The notes: generated from the letters alone by a model not told the origin. A stretch of DNA of 25,684 nucleotides from a virus (IMGVR_UViG_3300020043_003636:1-25684), one strand, 5' to 3'; shown: positions 16,109 through 25,684, counted from the first letter of the stretch. Program-made: numbers and translations.

Positions 16109-16717
16109 TTAAATTATGGATTGAATAACAGCCTTAACCTCTTCGTCTGTTAGCTCAATCGGTGCAAGTTCCATATCACAAAGTATTTCAATAGAAAGCC
16201 CGTTAAATACACCTTGCTTTACCTTTTCCCACTCTATTGGATTATCAACTTTTACAGAAGCAAATGCAGTTCCGTCGGGCAAATCAAATCCTTTAGGCTG
16301 ACTTATTCCCCTGGCTTCATCTGAAATAAACATTTCAAACATAAACACTCCTTTTGTTTTATCGCTTTCTTGTTGGTGAGTGCTTTTAATGTTATTCATC
16401 TTACCTTCTTTCATGAACTTCATAACAAGTTTTTCAATTGTATCTCTACTTGCAGCAACGTAAAATTCTTTCTCTTTGCCTGTTTTATCGTCTTTTATTT
16501 TACGATAAATTGGAAGGTCTGGAATAAGAATAGGTGCTGTTACTATTCGCCTTTCTTCTTGAATAGCAAATTTAAAGTAGTTGCTTTTTTCTTGACTATC
16601 AAAAGCCATCCATTCAGTCATAATAGCAGGTTTGTCAACCATTGCAATTGCTGAAAAATCAACGCTTACATCGTTATAATCGTTTACTTTGAAATAATAA
16701 ATTGGTAAATTGTTCAT
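16109..16717 (-). CDS. XkdF-like putative prohead serine protease
   Basis: AIAMVDKPAI, EERRIVTAPILIPDLPIYR, LPDGT, WEKVKQGVFNGLSIE motifs. Confidence 0.75.
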   Translation of the reverse strand: MNNLPIYYFKVNDYNDVSVDFSAIAMVDKPAIMTEWMAFDSQEKSNYFKFAIQEERRIVTAPILIPDLPIYRKIKDDKTGKEKEFYVAASRDTIEKLVMKFMKEGKMNNIKSTHQQESDKTKGVFMFEMFISDEARGISQPKGFDLPDGTAFASVKVDNPIEWEKVKQGVFNGLSIEILCDMELAPIELTDEEVKAVIQSII

Positions 16718-16718
16718 G

Positions 16719-18575
16719 TTAAATTGTTGTTTGGGTTTTTAATTTATTTGCTCTATTTTGTATTTCTGAAATATCTGTTTCCGTAACAAAAACTTTAATC
16801 GGTTGTGCTGTTCTCTGGTCATTTGCTAGTCCTAAATTATTGCCTTGCTCATCAAACATAGTACTAGTATTATTATTTGGTGTATTAATTGTTGGTGGTG
16901 TTGGTAAGCTTGTTGAACCTATTTGTGGTGCAGCACCTCCACCACTTGCTCCGCCACTTGCATTGCCCCCATCAAATTTAGCACTTGCAATTTTAGCCAC
17001 ATTTGCAGCCGCACTTACTCCCGTTGCTATTGCAATAGGAACAGTAAATGGTCCATAAAATGCTGATTGCGCTAATACACCTTGCACCGCTTTAACCCCA
17101 TCAATAGTAGCTTGAGTAACTGAAAATGCTTTATTAACATTAAATTGTTGTTTCTTTAGTTTTAATTCCTCTGCACTACCTTTTTTAGCATTACCAATTT
17201 GAATTGAAAATATGGCATCACTTAAACCTTTAGCAGCATCAAATGAAGCTTTTTCTAGTGCCATTAAAGATTTAGCTTTTTGCTTTGCAGCTTCTTCTGC
17301 TAGTTTCTTATCTGCTTCGTATTGTAGCGCAGATTGGTTTAATAACTCTGCATTTTTTTCAGCATTTATTTCTAATTCAGTTTTCGCAATAGCTTGTTTT
17401 TGCTCAGGAATAATAACAGCTTCTTCGTCTGCCATTCTTTGCTGTTCATCTTTCCACGCTTGGTATCTTGCATCTCCATCAATTTCAGATTGTTTCTTAT
17501 CAATCTCAGCTTGTTTCTTTTTATCTTCTAAAGCTTTTAAGTAAGCTGCATATTTATCTTTTTCATCTTTAATCTCTGCTACAACTAATTCAGTTTTTAG
17601 CCTACTTATTGCAATTTCATTTTCTTTAATCTTATCGTTAAACTCTTTTTCTCGCTCTAACTTATTTAACATTCTAGTTTTATCGTAAAAATCTGCTAAA
17701 GCATCCTGCCCTGTTTTTCTAAGATACAATGCATAAAGTTTACTAGTCCCCTCTAGTAGAGTATCATTTTGTTGAATATCTACTAATCTACTTTTTTGTA
17801 GTGCGTTATCGCTTTCAAGTTCTTTTATCTTAACTGCTATTAATTCTTTTTTCTTAGCTAAAATATCAGATTGACTTGCACCACTTGCCTCTAATATTAA
17901 CAACTCATTCTCTAAAGCTACAACTGCAAGTTTGTTTGTTTCGACTAATCTCTTTTGCTCTTTCTCTAAATCGTGGGTTGCTTTACTTGTGCTATCTAAA
18001 GCGGGTATAATCTGAACTATAACAGCTTTAACAGCATCAAAGTTTTCTATTAAAGCACCAATAGCAGCAACAAGCAATAATGGAGCAGCTGCGCTCATAG
18101 CGTTTCCAATACCTTTAAATCCAATCTTTATTTTTTCAAAGTCAAAGTTTCTAAAGCCCTCACCTACTAAACCAATTCCCTTATTCAACTGCTCAACTCC
18201 GCTGCCCGTTGCTATACTTGCAGCATCATTTATGTCGCCTATCTTACCTTCAACATCATTTAATTCTTTACTTAATCGTTTAAATTCTTCGGGATTGGCA
18301 GCTTCACTTAAAGCTACTTTTAATTTTTTATATTCTTGTTGAAGTCCTTTTAATGAAGTATTCATTTTAGTGGTTTCCGCTCCACTAATTTCAGTCATCT
18401 TACCCTTTAGCTTGTTAGCCTCTTCGGTCGCTTTCTTAAATTCATCACTACCAAAGTCAGCTTTACTTGCTGTATCTTCTAGCTTTTGAACTTCGTTTTT
18501 TAACTCCTTTACCGATTTAATCCCAGCGCCTGTGCCTTTGACCTCAACGCTTATACCTATTTTCTCATCTGCCAT
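16719..18575 (-). CDS. Tape measure protein
   Basis: 618 aa, mostly helical/coiled coil, Ala-rich hydrophobic segments, C-terminal PIKVFVTETDI. Confidence 0.72.
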   Translation of the reverse strand: MADEKIGISVEVKGTGAGIKSVKELKNEVQKLEDTASKADFGSDEFKKATEEANKLKGKMTEISGAETTKMNTSLKGLQQEYKKLKVALSEAANPEEFKRLSKELNDVEGKIGDINDAASIATGSGVEQLNKGIGLVGEGFRNFDFEKIKIGFKGIGNAMSAAAPLLLVAAIGALIENFDAVKAVIVQIIPALDSTSKATHDLEKEQKRLVETNKLAVVALENELLILEASGASQSDILAKKKELIAVKIKELESDNALQKSRLVDIQQNDTLLEGTSKLYALYLRKTGQDALADFYDKTRMLNKLEREKEFNDKIKENEIAISRLKTELVVAEIKDEKDKYAAYLKALEDKKKQAEIDKKQSEIDGDARYQAWKDEQQRMADEEAVIIPEQKQAIAKTELEINAEKNAELLNQSALQYEADKKLAEEAAKQKAKSLMALEKASFDAAKGLSDAIFSIQIGNAKKGSAEELKLKKQQFNVNKAFSVTQATIDGVKAVQGVLAQSAFYGPFTVPIAIATGVSAAANVAKIASAKFDGGNASGGASGGGAAPQIGSTSLPTPPTINTPNNNTSTMFDEQGNNLGLANDQRTAQPIKVFVTETDISEIQNRANKLKTQTTI

Positions 18576-18789
18576 TTAAAATGTCGTTTAAATTGTTTTC
18601 AATTTTCTTTAGCTTATTAACATAAATAAGTTTTTGAAGTTTATTTATTTTAGGATTAGTTAGCTTTACTTTAATTTCGTACATCCGTTGGGTTAATATT
18701 CCAATACGATTAATTATTTCGGTTACTTCTGTTTCTGCATTCATGTAAATGGCAAATAGTTTAATTATGTTTTCTATTTGTGTTTTCAT
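18565..18789 (-). CDS. Small basic hypothetical protein
   Basis: 74-aa ORF overlapping the tape measure start. Confidence 0.5.
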   Translation of the reverse strand: MKTQIENIIKLFAIYMNAETEVTEIINRIGILTQRMYEIKVKLTNPKINKLQKLIYVNKLKKIENNLNDILNGR

Positions 18790-18795
18790 CTTTAA

Positions 18796-21702
18796 TTATA
18801 TTATATACCAATTAGTCCCATCTGTTTGGATTGTTACCGATTCATATTGAGTTGTTAATACTACATTTGCAGCCCCATCTAATGTGCCACTAGCTGGCAC
18901 TATTGTTACTGTAAAGGCACTTGCATCTATTTTTTTAATAGTAAATATCTTACCGATTGTTTTACCTAATGCATCAACAAAAAAACATTGGTCGTTACTT
19001 GGTGTTGTTATTGTTTTATTTGCTGCGCCACAATCGACTAAAACAGTACTTGCATTTGGTTTTAAAGTTATGTTTGTTGCAGTTGTATCTATTGGAGCGT
19101 AAAGGTTTGAAAACTCTGGCACTAAAACATTATTCACATAAGTAATATTGCTTTCAGTTATTGTTAATTCACTTGAATTTACTATGCTTACATTTTCAAC
19201 TCCAGGCGCTATATTTATTCCATTACTTCCTACTATTGAAATATACTTAGCACCCTGACCCACTACAATATCTTCACTTGCTGCAATGTTTACAGGATAT
19301 TCAGAATAAACATTTACATTCTTGCTAGGTGTAACAAGTGGAGCAGGGAATGTCCTTTCAGTTGAGTAGTCAGGTATATCACTAATATCTGTTAATTCAG
19401 GTGTGAACACTTGTACATTTGCCAACTTTAGTAACTCACATTTAACGCTTTCACTTTCGTTTTTATAGTCAATTATTTTATTGATTCGATAATAACTATC
19501 TCCTAGTATTTCATCTTCAATAAAGTATTTATTTCTAAAGCTAAAGGATTCAATATCTGTTTTCTTTAGCCATAAGTAAGCATATACTAGCTTACTATCT
19601 CTATCACTTATTTGGTCAATAAATGGCTTATGAAATCTGTTAAATAAATTATTGTTAGTAAATTGACTACCAAGAAATGAATAATAAACTTGTTTAGGTA
19701 ATCCAAAATTGAGATCATAAGTTGGGTTAAATGGGTCATCTGTATGCCCAGCATAACCATAAGATTGAATTATTAAATCAGTTCCCCCATCTTCTTTAAA
19801 TGTTATTGATGCAGTTGTAGTCTTTATTTTAGCGTATAAAACTCTTAAATTCGGTGTAATACGTTTAATGTTTCCCCCATCAATATCAAAGATTTTAGGG
19901 TAAGCAATTCCTAACGTATAATTAGCAACGTTGTGAGTTGGTGAGTAAATAGATTCACTTGTTTGGATTTGCTGAATAAAATCGTTTACTATATTCTCTT
20001 CTTGTGTTCCAAAAACCTCAGCGTGTTTTAATTCATATTTTATATTCCAATAATCCTTGTCAGCCTTGTATTTATATATGTAAGTCTTTGCATCCAGCTC
20101 ACTCATCGGATTAACCACTATATCTTTGTTGTGGTCAATTCTATGCTTTAAATTAACTATACTGCCATTGTAATAACTTAAGTCAGTATAGGCATCGTAA
20201 TAAGGCTCTATTATTAATTTTTTAGGGTCTGTTTTGTCGGGCTGCATTATTAAGTTATAACGTTTCATTATATCCTTAACAAAATCCCTTTGCTTAATAT
20301 TTATAGGAATAGCGTTGTTCATTTCTAAAGTATCCCCTTCTAATAATTCAGTTGATGTTACAAGTCCATAAAACATGGTGTTGTTATTGTCAGAAACTAT
20401 TTCGCACTTAACGTTAATTGAACCCGTTGTTATTAGTGTTGTTCCATCAGATTCGTAGAAACGAATAGGATTAAACAATCCATCTCTATAAAGATTAAAT
20501 GATGCTCTTATTTTTGCAACCATAGAATCTAATGATATTACACTAATGTCGCCAGTGCTTATTTCAGTATCCACATAAAATGGCGTATTTGTTTCAAAAA
20601 ATGATTTAAAATTGTCGTTTTGAAAGTTTAACCCAGTTGTAGTAAATATATTTTGAACTCCTAATTGTAACTCAGCGGATACATTTATATTTCTGTATAT
20701 CCTAACAATTAAACGTGAACCAAAAGCACCAACAAATTTAATATTATCACTAAATACAGCCAAAGGATTTGTATGTGTAATGGTAAACTTTAATCTTATT
20801 TTAGTACTAAAGTTATAAGTCCCATCATTTGGTACTGTATAAGTAGTACCTGAGTAGTTATTCCCAGCGTCAAAGAATGGCGCAATTTCTTTATTAAATG
20901 CGATAGATGTTTCAGCAACAAATGGATTAGAAGCTGCTAAATCAAATAACGTTACATCAGTTAGCCTACCTACGTTAAATTGCCTATTGTCTAATTCTGT
21001 TTGGCTTAATGTTATTGTATCTAAATTTGGGTAAGTTATTTGTCTTTTAAAAAATTCGCTTTCCAAAAACACGCTATCAAAAGTATATCCTTTAGCTGCA
21101 AATATCTTTGTCAAATATTCATAATCGTAAATACATGGAATAAAATCTTTAACCCTCCAAATACTTTCGTCGCCTAAAATAGTACCACGATTAACAAGTG
21201 GGTAATAGTAACCATTGCCAGGAGCATAAGCCTCACTCACCCCATCTCTAATAATTGAAGTATTCCAACTATTAATAATATTGGTACGTGTATAATCATG
21301 ATCCAAATCTGAATAATCTAAATCACTCAATAAGTCGTTTGAAATGTCAGTCCAAAAGTTACCCGTTTCACCAATTATGTTACATGAATAAACGTGCAAC
21401 CCATCTTTAATTGTTATTCTTAAAAGCTGTAAATATCCTGTAAATGTTAGTACTTCATCTTCATATTGAGATGCTGAGGTTTTAATATTCGGGTTAAATG
21501 TTTGAGTAGCTAAATTAACTTGAAATATGTTCTCAAATAATCGGTTTATATCATTTGTTTCGTAAAGTTCTAAAGCCTTTGAAAATGATGTATTACGTTT
21601 GTCAGGCTCTCGAATATCAGCCTCCGAATACGTTGTTACCATTGGTAAATCACTTACAATAGCAACGTTTTCTAAATCCCCTATAACTAATCTGTTTGCC
21701 AT
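18796..21702 (-). CDS. Large tail tip/minor tail protein
   Basis: 968 aa; DIREPDKRNTSFSK N-terminus, GYYYPLV, C-terminal fibre-like IKKIDAS...TDGTNWYII. Confidence 0.65.
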   Translation of the reverse strand: MANRLVIGDLENVAIVSDLPMVTTYSEADIREPDKRNTSFSKALELYETNDINRLFENIFQVNLATQTFNPNIKTSASQYEDEVLTFTGYLQLLRITIKDGLHVYSCNIIGETGNFWTDISNDLLSDLDYSDLDHDYTRTNIINSWNTSIIRDGVSEAYAPGNGYYYPLVNRGTILGDESIWRVKDFIPCIYDYEYLTKIFAAKGYTFDSVFLESEFFKRQITYPNLDTITLSQTELDNRQFNVGRLTDVTLFDLAASNPFVAETSIAFNKEIAPFFDAGNNYSGTTYTVPNDGTYNFSTKIRLKFTITHTNPLAVFSDNIKFVGAFGSRLIVRIYRNINVSAELQLGVQNIFTTTGLNFQNDNFKSFFETNTPFYVDTEISTGDISVISLDSMVAKIRASFNLYRDGLFNPIRFYESDGTTLITTGSINVKCEIVSDNNNTMFYGLVTSTELLEGDTLEMNNAIPINIKQRDFVKDIMKRYNLIMQPDKTDPKKLIIEPYYDAYTDLSYYNGSIVNLKHRIDHNKDIVVNPMSELDAKTYIYKYKADKDYWNIKYELKHAEVFGTQEENIVNDFIQQIQTSESIYSPTHNVANYTLGIAYPKIFDIDGGNIKRITPNLRVLYAKIKTTTASITFKEDGGTDLIIQSYGYAGHTDDPFNPTYDLNFGLPKQVYYSFLGSQFTNNNLFNRFHKPFIDQISDRDSKLVYAYLWLKKTDIESFSFRNKYFIEDEILGDSYYRINKIIDYKNESESVKCELLKLANVQVFTPELTDISDIPDYSTERTFPAPLVTPSKNVNVYSEYPVNIAASEDIVVGQGAKYISIVGSNGINIAPGVENVSIVNSSELTITESNITYVNNVLVPEFSNLYAPIDTTATNITLKPNASTVLVDCGAANKTITTPSNDQCFFVDALGKTIGKIFTIKKIDASAFTVTIVPASGTLDGAANVVLTTQYESVTIQTDGTNWYII

Positions 21703-22916
21703 TACAATGCTCTTTGTCTTGTTTCTTTAATGCTTAACTTTACCTCTATTCCGTAATTAAACAATTTCATGTTTTCATGTTTGTTGATTAAGTATTGTTT
21801 GCTCATGCTAGTTATTGGAACATAGGCAAAAAAATCACCATAATCAACCTCTTCATTAACTAACCACTTTAATGGTGAACTGAATAACTCTTCCAAATAT
21901 ATTGATTGTTGGGCAGTTATCCAATTAGTCTGTAAATTAACCATGTAAGTTTCTTCTGTGCTTACTGTAAACGTTTCGTGTTTATAAGGTAGGCTAGTGT
22001 AAACTCCTGAAATCAATTCTTTATTACCTAAACTAACTTCACTTGTTTTTGCATCTATTGTTTGAGTGCTTAGTAACTCAAATGGAAACGAAGAGATGCC
22101 GCCATTTCTATTCAAATAGTAAATACGATTAACATCATGCTTTGTGCATAAGCTACCAATTTTGAAAGTATAGCTACCTATTACAGTTGTTAAATTAGAC
22201 TTTAAAAAAACAACTTGTATAAAATAATCTTCAGCAATAGTGAAAGATTGGTTAATTGCAAGTTGAGGTGAAGCATTAATTTGATATATTTTATTAGTAG
22301 TCATCGAACCTGTATAGGTATAACTATCTAAAATATCAACTCCATTTGTATCAATTACCAAATAATTAATTCTAAATAAGTCCGCAGGTTTCACAAATTG
22401 CAAGAAAACATCTTGATTGATTGTTACTATATTATTGGGTAATATTGCACTCTTGCCTACATTATGAAGTTTTATTTCACTATTGGTGCTTATAAAATCA
22501 GCGTAATTATAATTGCTATAATGAACTTGTTTCTCAGTTAGTGATGCGTTCCAAGCCTTGTATGTTATTGTTGAAGTTGTGCCTGGTCCACCAGTATATG
22601 TTTCGATAATATCAATTGATACATCAACTTTAGAATTAACACATTCCAATATATTAAAGTCATTTGGCTTCATAAAATGATTTATGAAATTTTTAACAGT
22701 TTCCATTGCATTAAAAACCAAAGTCCCGTCGGGTCTAGGAACATGAAAATAAATAAATGTTGATGTCGTTGGTGTTCCATTTAATACATACGTTACATCA
22801 ACTTCAACTTTATATTTAAAGTCAGGCTGTGCCAATTGATTTGACAAAGCAGTAATATACTGGTCATTATAAGCTGGTGTAAATGCTTGAGGCTGTTGAC
22901 TTATTGTTATTGCCAT
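21702..22916 (-). CDS. Putative tail (distal/baseplate-region) protein
   Basis: 404 aa beta-rich; YYLNRNGGISSFPF and LEELFSSP motifs; coupled to the large tail gene. Confidence 0.55.
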   Translation of the reverse strand: MAITISQQPQAFTPAYNDQYITALSNQLAQPDFKYKVEVDVTYVLNGTPTTSTFIYFHVPRPDGTLVFNAMETVKNFINHFMKPNDFNILECVNSKVDVSIDIIETYTGGPGTTSTITYKAWNASLTEKQVHYSNYNYADFISTNSEIKLHNVGKSAILPNNIVTINQDVFLQFVKPADLFRINYLVIDTNGVDILDSYTYTGSMTTNKIYQINASPQLAINQSFTIAEDYFIQVVFLKSNLTTVIGSYTFKIGSLCTKHDVNRIYYLNRNGGISSFPFELLSTQTIDAKTSEVSLGNKELISGVYTSLPYKHETFTVSTEETYMVNLQTNWITAQQSIYLEELFSSPLKWLVNEEVDYGDFFAYVPITSMSKQYLINKHENMKLFNYGIEVKLSIKETRQRAL

Positions 22917-23473
22917 TACTTCTTAATTTCAATTAATATATCTGTTTTCAATATCTCGCTTATCTGTTTGCTTAGTTTACCTGTATCAATCTTATTAACC
23001 ACATCCGTATAAAAGTGGTTTCCTTTATATCCATTTTTGTGTATTTTACGACTAATCAAATAGCCTAATTGTATTGCAGCTTTCTCAAATGATACTTGCT
23101 TTAATGTTTTGTATTCCCTATTTGGGTTTCTTTTTTTAGCTTCGTTTTGTTTATCAACTCTAGCTTTAAGTGTTGATTGTTGGAATTTCTTAACTAAATT
23201 TTTACGCTTCGCCCATTCGGTAATCTTACTCTTTACTTCGCCATTCCCTCCTCCGCTTGTTGGCTTTCTGCCATTATCTAAAGCAAAGCCATATTGAGGC
23301 ATTAAAAGCTGCATTGATACTTTATCTTCGCCTTTAATTACAACGTACTTAATCTTATTTGATAGCCTACTATCACCACCGCCATAAGTTACACCTTTAG
23401 TCCTTAAAGATTGTTGCAAGTCCTGGACTAACTTTGTACCGAACAACTCTAATATGCTAACTATTTTATCCAC
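22916..23473 (-). CDS. Basic neck/tail completion protein (HK97 gp10-like)
   Basis: YGFALDNGRKP, ITEWAKRK, GYLISRKIHKNGYKGNHFY motifs. Confidence 0.55.
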   Translation of the reverse strand: MDKIVSILELFGTKLVQDLQQSLRTKGVTYGGGDSRLSNKIKYVVIKGEDKVSMQLLMPQYGFALDNGRKPTSGGGNGEVKSKITEWAKRKNLVKKFQQSTLKARVDKQNEAKKRNPNREYKTLKQVSFEKAAIQLGYLISRKIHKNGYKGNHFYTDVVNKIDTGKLSKQISEILKTDILIEIKK

Positions 23474-23748
23474 GTAATGCTATTTCAAATTTTCCTTTAT
23501 CCTTCAAGTAACTTAACTTATTCATAAATTGTATAACGTTCCATTTTGTGTAAACTTCATCTTCTGTTATTCCTGCATTTTCTCTACATTGGTCAACTGA
23601 ATATTCCCAACCCCAATTCTCTAGGAAGGAATTAACTGAGGATTTTTGGCTATCCAATCCATCCTCTTCGCTATCTCGTTTAACTGGCTCTCGGTATAGG
23701 CTTGTATAGTCCTCTCTGCATTGCACCAAAAGTCCGAATAAAAAAAAA
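23466..23748 (-). CDS. Frameshift extension of the tail assembly chaperone (GT-like product)
   Basis: -1 frame relative to 23621..24220, open from the T9 run at 23740-23748; FLENWGW...FMNKLSYLKDK. Confidence 0.65.
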
Positions 23749-24220
23749 CCAATCCACTTACTTCGCTCACCTTTGCATTGCTTAATAGCTTTACATTTTC
23801 TTCATGTTTGCTAGGCTCGTATTCCTTTTGAACGTAAATAATAGGCAACAACTTATCCAGGCACTTGTAAACATTATTATTATGGTTCTTATAAATACTT
23901 TGAAAGTCAATCATTTGATTAACCTTCATTTGTGTTAATGCTTTAGTTGCTGTAAATATTTTTTTACCAACTATAATGAAATCCATTACATGAAATAAAG
24001 GTAAATCATTTCTCAAAAATGAAAGTTTAAGAGATAGCTTTTTGAAGTCCTCAATATCCATTTCCATAACTTCATCAAATGGCTTATCAATAAAATAAGA
24101 AATCAAAGCTGCCATTCGGTCAACCTCTGAATCAAATTCATCGTGCATAATTTCGTATGCCTTCATAAATTGGCTAACTGTTATTTCTTTATACGAAGTA
24201 GGTACTTTCATCTTTAACAT
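23621..24220 (-). CDS. Putative tail assembly chaperone (G-like)
   Basis: VPTSYKEITVSQF start; GLVFFY encoded by a slippery GGTTTTTTTTT run. Confidence 0.65.
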   Translation of the reverse strand: MLKMKVPTSYKEITVSQFMKAYEIMHDEFDSEVDRMAALISYFIDKPFDEVMEMDIEDFKKLSLKLSFLRNDLPLFHVMDFIIVGKKIFTATKALTQMKVNQMIDFQSIYKNHNNNVYKCLDKLLPIIYVQKEYEPSKHEENVKLLSNAKVSEVSGLVFFYSDFWCNAERTIQAYTESQLNEIAKRMDWIAKNPQLIPS

Positions 24221-24245
24221 AATACATTATCGTTTTAATAGTTAC
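24217..24245 (-). promoter_or_regulatory. Candidate late promoter, copy 2 (GTAAC-N14-TGTATTATGT)
   Basis: Same boxes and spacing as 16075-16103; between terL stop and the chaperone gene. Confidence 0.5.
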
Positions 24246-25423
24246 TATTCAATTATAAAGGTAGCTGGTTTACGTAACTTGTTTAAAGCTACATATCTAA
24301 GCGCATCAAATATATGATTATTCTTATCTTCAGGTTCGTTTAAATTCTTACCATTCCTATCAGTTGCCCACCTATAAGACCTCGCCTCACGTTTTGCATT
24401 AATAGAATCTTTAGTTATGTGAATTTCATGTTGCTGTAAAATATCAATTGATGAACGAATTGAATCGTTACCTTTGTTAGCACCCTCAATTCTAAATCCT
24501 GCCCTTCTTAAATCTTCTATTGATTTAGGCTCTGCGCTATCCGCTATTATTTGTTGTTGCCTGGTAACTCCTAATTCAGTTAATCGGTTTATAATGTCGC
24601 TGTTAGTCATACCTGTTTCGTAAATCAACTCTTTTAAGTAAATTGCTTTATTGTATTTGTAAACAGCTACTAATGTAGTTGGGTCGTTTGTAAATCCCCA
24701 ATCCATACCATAAGCTATAAATGTAGCATCTATTGGAATAGCATCGCATTCGTGCCAATTGTCAAAAATAATGCCTTGTAAGTTACCTGTATTCCCTAAT
24801 CCGTAAACTTGCCAAATGTTAGCCCAATAAGCATTTTTTATGCTACCATCTTCATTATAGCCTTTTGTTTTATAATCTAGTATTTGCTCTCTTTCTCTAG
24901 CACTTAACAATTCATTATCGTGAAAGGTAAGCTGCAAGAAATCACAATCCTTTGAGTTTATAACATCGGTATCAATAAAAAACTCAGCATCGGGGTTATA
25001 GTCAGCGTAAACAACTCCAGCTCGTGAAGCCACTTGCCTATAACTTTCAGCATCACATTTATTAACCTCATTAAAATAAGCCACATCTGAACGTAATCCC
25101 TTACCAACATCTTCTTTGTCTAATCCAATAAACTTAATAAATGAACCATTTTTAAATCGGTATAAAGTACCTGCAAGGAATCTATGGTCCTCATAAAGTC
25201 CTGCCATTTTCATAACCTTAACAAAATCTTTAATAACTGTTAGCCTCATTTTAGTTAATTCAGCCGATAGTATTAATATCTCTTTGTTTGGTTTACTTGA
25301 TGCGTGGTTAATTAGAATGATAAGTATAGAAATGGTTTTACCTGCACCCTGTGAGCCTTTAATAACTCTAACAGGTTTACGCAGCTTACTTATCTTTCTT
25401 AGACTGGTTGTCGCTTGAATCAT
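24245..25423 (-). CDS. terL: Terminase large subunit (PBSX-like)
   Basis: Walker A GSQGAGKT, Walker B-like VAYFNE, DYNP, nuclease motifs GMDWGFTNDP, ADSAEPKSI, NHIFDALRY. Confidence 0.95.
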   Translation of the reverse strand: MIQATTSLRKISKLRKPVRVIKGSQGAGKTISILIILINHASSKPNKEILILSAELTKMRLTVIKDFVKVMKMAGLYEDHRFLAGTLYRFKNGSFIKFIGLDKEDVGKGLRSDVAYFNEVNKCDAESYRQVASRAGVVYADYNPDAEFFIDTDVINSKDCDFLQLTFHDNELLSAREREQILDYKTKGYNEDGSIKNAYWANIWQVYGLGNTGNLQGIIFDNWHECDAIPIDATFIAYGMDWGFTNDPTTLVAVYKYNKAIYLKELIYETGMTNSDIINRLTELGVTRQQQIIADSAEPKSIEDLRRAGFRIEGANKGNDSIRSSIDILQQHEIHITKDSINAKREARSYRWATDRNGKNLNEPEDKNNHIFDALRYVALNKLRKPATFIIE

Positions 25424-25625
25424 CTAATGGGTCAATATTTAATACTTGAATGTTAGTTGTTTCAATTTGTTGCTTATCAGTCCAACCTAATTTATTCTTT
25501 GCATAGAATATTCCTTTACCTTCATTTGCAACAATATCAGCTGCTAAAGCTTGAAATAAGTCATCTATCTTTTTTATAGTGTTACTTTTGGTTTCATCTT
25601 CGCCCTTTCTCCATTCGTAATAAGC
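25386..25625 (-). CDS. terS: Terminase small subunit, C-terminal part only
   Basis: AYYEWRKG...GIFYAKNKLGWTDKQQIE...KKDK-stop overlapping the terL start; 5' part replaced by duplicated terL sequence. Confidence 0.65.
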   Translation of the reverse strand, partial: AYYEWRKGEDETKSNTIKKIDDLFQALAADIVANEGKGIFYAKNKLGWTDKQQIETTNIQVLNIDPLDDSSDNQSKKDK

Positions 25626-25684
25626 CTTTTGTTTTATAATCTAGTATTTGCTCTCTTTCTCTAGCACTTAACAATCAATTATCG
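25623..25684 (+). repeat. 62-bp direct copy of 24859-24920 (internal to terL)
   Basis: 60/62 identity at offset 764, running to the window end. Confidence 0.9.

Larger units (their letters stand above)
1..25684. mobile_element. Tailed phage (Caudoviricetes, likely siphovirus-like) genome fragment or prophage, probable Bacteroidota host
   Basis: Terminase, portal, protease, capsid, tail, tape measure and lysis genes; dense TAATG/ATGA stop-start coupling; no host housekeeping genes; A-rich leaders without SD motifs. Confidence 0.93.

Noticed and set aside
6161-23297. Plus-strand ORFs within the structural region (e.g. 7674..8012, 11362..11763, 17212..17544)
   Set aside because: Antisense shadows of well-supported minus-strand genes
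25067-25084. Asn in the terL Walker B (VAYFNE) as a sign of inactivation
   Set aside because: NE variants occur in PBSX-like terminases and the other motifs are intact
24859-25684. Repeat pair as a DGR template/variable repeat
   Set aside because: Only two adjacent mismatches, not adenine-specific; target would be terminase; no reverse transcriptase in the window
1-25684. Stop-codon reassignment, tRNA/rRNA genes, introns or inteins
   Set aside because: Genes are intact and tightly packed under the standard code; terL and capsid lengths show no insertions; intergenic gaps are too short and no cloverleaf was seen

Overview
AT-rich fragment of a tailed, probably siphovirus-like phage or prophage; A-rich leaders without Shine-Dalgarno motifs and the protein families suggest a Bacteroidota/Flavobacteria-type host (inference). 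The minus strand (4448-25684) is the late region: terS fragment, terL, a tail chaperone with a -1 frameshift, neck/tail genes, tape measure, XkdF-like protease, scaffold, capsid, tail tube, portal, adaptor, fibres and lysis genes. The plus strand (1-4495) carries three tandem DNA methyltransferases and small accessory ORFs. Main observation: the methyltransferases are organised like integron gene cassettes. They are separated by TAAC-hairpin-GTTA attC-like elements, and each complete gene is bracketed by its own 14-15 bp inverted repeat (GTTA-N5-AGT ... ATT-N5-TAAC) with a cassette-specific 5-bp core and a G.T mismatch at the same position. No recombinase is present in the window. Also seen: a twice-repeated GTAAC-N14-TGTATTATGT candidate late promoter, a portal with wHTH-like and MuF-like C-terminal additions, and a 62-bp duplication at the window end that is probably an assembly chimera. 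All calls come from reading motifs and gene context by eye; no searches were run.
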